Shown here: positions 16,554-17,733 of the stretch, piece by piece
Layout of the letters: every line of letters begins with the position of its first letter
Position numbering within the stretch: the first letter of the stretch is position 1
The notes under the pieces: generated by a model
What the model saw: the letters and a program-made list of their open reading frames with translations, nothing else
Database searches by the model: none
What the model was told of the DNA's origin: nothing
Source of the DNA: Candidatus Pacearchaeota archaeon
GTDB taxonomy: Archaea > Nanobdellota > Nanobdellia > Pacearchaeales > GW2011-AR1
Assembly: GCA_050124795.1 (NCBI GenBank)
Contig: JASFEO010000017.1
Coordinates: forward strand, 1 to 17,733
Direction: 5' to 3'
DNA length: 17,733 nt
Program-made: the position numbers and the translations under genes

Positions 16554-16820
16554 ATGAAAGCTAATTCAAAAGAAGTTAAACTTGAATTTAATTTGCCGGA
16601 TTTTGACAGGCGCGACATAAGAATTAGATTGTCTGATGATATGCTTTGGATAAAGGCTGATAAAAAACACAAGTCAAGGGAAAAGAAAAAAGATTTTTTT
16701 CATGTTGAGTCTTCTCATCAGAGGTTTTATTATCATATGACTTTACCGAAGATTGATTTTAAAAAAGCAAAGATTGATTTTAAAAAAGGTGTTTTGAAAA
16801 TTACTGCTCCGAGAAAATAA
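16554..16820 (+). CDS. Small heat-shock protein (Hsp20), bare alpha-crystallin domain
   Basis: LPDFDRRDIRIRL...IKA...F..E.S...F....TLP.ID...AK.DFKKGVLKITAP; GAGTGA SD-like element and TTTTAAAA box upstream. Confidence 0.85.
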   Translation: MKANSKEVKLEFNLPDFDRRDIRIRLSDDMLWIKADKKHKSREKKKDFFHVESSHQRFYYHMTLPKIDFKKAKIDFKKGVLKITAPRK

Positions 16821-16829
16821 TTTTTTATA

Positions 16830-17021
16830 ATGGTTTTGCAATATAAGTTAAAGTCTGAGAAGCGATGGAAAAAATATCCTGGAAAGGATAAAATGAAAAT
16901 TGGTTTTTCTAAATGCGACTTTAGATTATTAAGTGAAGATAAGAAAAAAGTTTTAGCTGAAGGCGGTTATGAAAAAGTGTTAAAAAGATTTCGCCAGATT
17001 GAGTTTTTTAAGCACCGCTAA
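16830..17021 (+). CDS. Small basic hypothetical protein
   Basis: 63-aa Lys-rich ORF 9 nt after hsp20, same strand. Confidence 0.7.
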   Translation: MVLQYKLKSEKRWKKYPGKDKMKIGFSKCDFRLLSEDKKKVLAEGGYEKVLKRFRQIEFFKHR

Positions 17022-17563
17022 TTTGGCAAAACTAATGAACCTTCTTTATAACAGGATTCATTTTCTATTTTTCTTTCTCTGATAAATACTTCAAACTCCC
17101 AACTAAAGTCATCTGCAAACCTTTCAATATAATTAAAAAAAGTTCCTTCTTTCTTATCCGCTTCCATTTTCTTTATAACTTCTAATGGAGTAAAAACATG
17201 ACCTGCTTCATGACCAAATTTCGTTATTACCTCATCCATTTGCAGGGGGATTAGTTCCTCGATATTTTTTTGTGAATCATAATACTTTGTCCTGTTAAAA
17301 AAAGCCGCCCATTTATTTACACATGCCCATCCGGCTATAGTATGCCCCGCGGAAAGAGAGGGATTTACAGGAAAATCATTTTTTGAAACATTAAAATAAT
17401 CTGAAGCAGTTAATTTTTGATTGTATCTTTCTCCAACAAAACTAACCATTTTTTTGTGAAAACCTATTAAAGTCTCAAATAAAAATTTATCAGAAACTTT
17501 TTTGAATCCATTTTCCCTTGCAATGCTAGCAGTCTCTTCTTCAAGCGACAAAGTTTTATCCAT
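17018..17563 (-). CDS. Putative zinc metallopeptidase-like protein (HExxH; ImmA/IrrE-like spacing)
   Basis: GHEAGHVF followed about 21 aa later by ERFADDFS (E-x-x-A-x-x-F); TTTAAA box about 22 nt upstream. Confidence 0.6.
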   Translation of the reverse strand: MDKTLSLEEETASIARENGFKKVSDKFLFETLIGFHKKMVSFVGERYNQKLTASDYFNVSKNDFPVNPSLSAGHTIAGWACVNKWAAFFNRTKYYDSQKNIEELIPLQMDEVITKFGHEAGHVFTPLEVIKKMEADKKEGTFFNYIERFADDFSWEFEVFIRERKIENESCYKEGSLVLPN

Positions 17564-17631
17564 ATAATTTCTTACTTAGTGAATTTAAATAATTTGTTAT
17601 TTGCGACAGTATCTCCGATACTTATAAAAAA

Positions 17632-17733
17632 TTAAGGCGGAGCCATTAATTCTTTTAGCTCATCAGAATAAAATTCATATTCTAATCTTTTTAAAAATCT
17701 CTTGAACACATAATACCTTGCTTTGTTTTGAAG
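17632..17733 (-). CDS. 3' end of an unknown CDS running in from beyond the window
   Basis: Open frame LQNKARYYVFKRFLKRLEYEFYSDELKELMAPP* ending at TAA 17634-17632. Confidence 0.5.
   Translation of the reverse strand, partial: LQNKARYYVFKRFLKRLEYEFYSDELKELMAPP

Noticed and set aside
17608-17622. Inverted repeat AGTATC-TCC-GATACT
   Set aside because: Short and single, with no supporting context.

Overview
AT-rich archaeal chromosomal window, most consistent with a DPANN archaeon of the Pacearchaeota/Woesearchaeota type. This is inferred from TATA/BRE promoters about 25 nt before starts, class III pilin signal peptides, an archaeal RNase P RNA, a form III-type RuBisCO and a bacterial-type uvrA. 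In order it carries: 3' part of uvrA, YhbY/CRM protein, RelE-like toxin-antitoxin pair, stand-alone NFACT-R protein, RuBisCO, ABC half-exporter, HAD phosphatase, hypothetical, HD-GYP-like protein coupled to cysS, pilin-like protein, small membrane protein, tRNA-Phe(GAA), RNase P RNA, P2A-type ATPase, 912-aa pilin-LamG-GH123/DUF4091-like fusion, a frameshifted small ORF, minimal Hsp20, small hypothetical, HExxH protein and a partial CDS. Three observations stand out. (1) A ~57-nt promoter/SD/ATG leader is duplicated in front of the HAD and RuBisCO genes and brackets a 2.5-kb HAD+ABC block. (2) The pilin-anchored glycoside-hydrolase-like protein has D-T-P where the catalytic D-E-P is expected. 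(3) The RNase P RNA appears to have a branched P3, a retained P8 and nothing distal to P15. No CRISPR array, integrase or transposase was seen. All family calls come from motif recognition by eye, not database searches.
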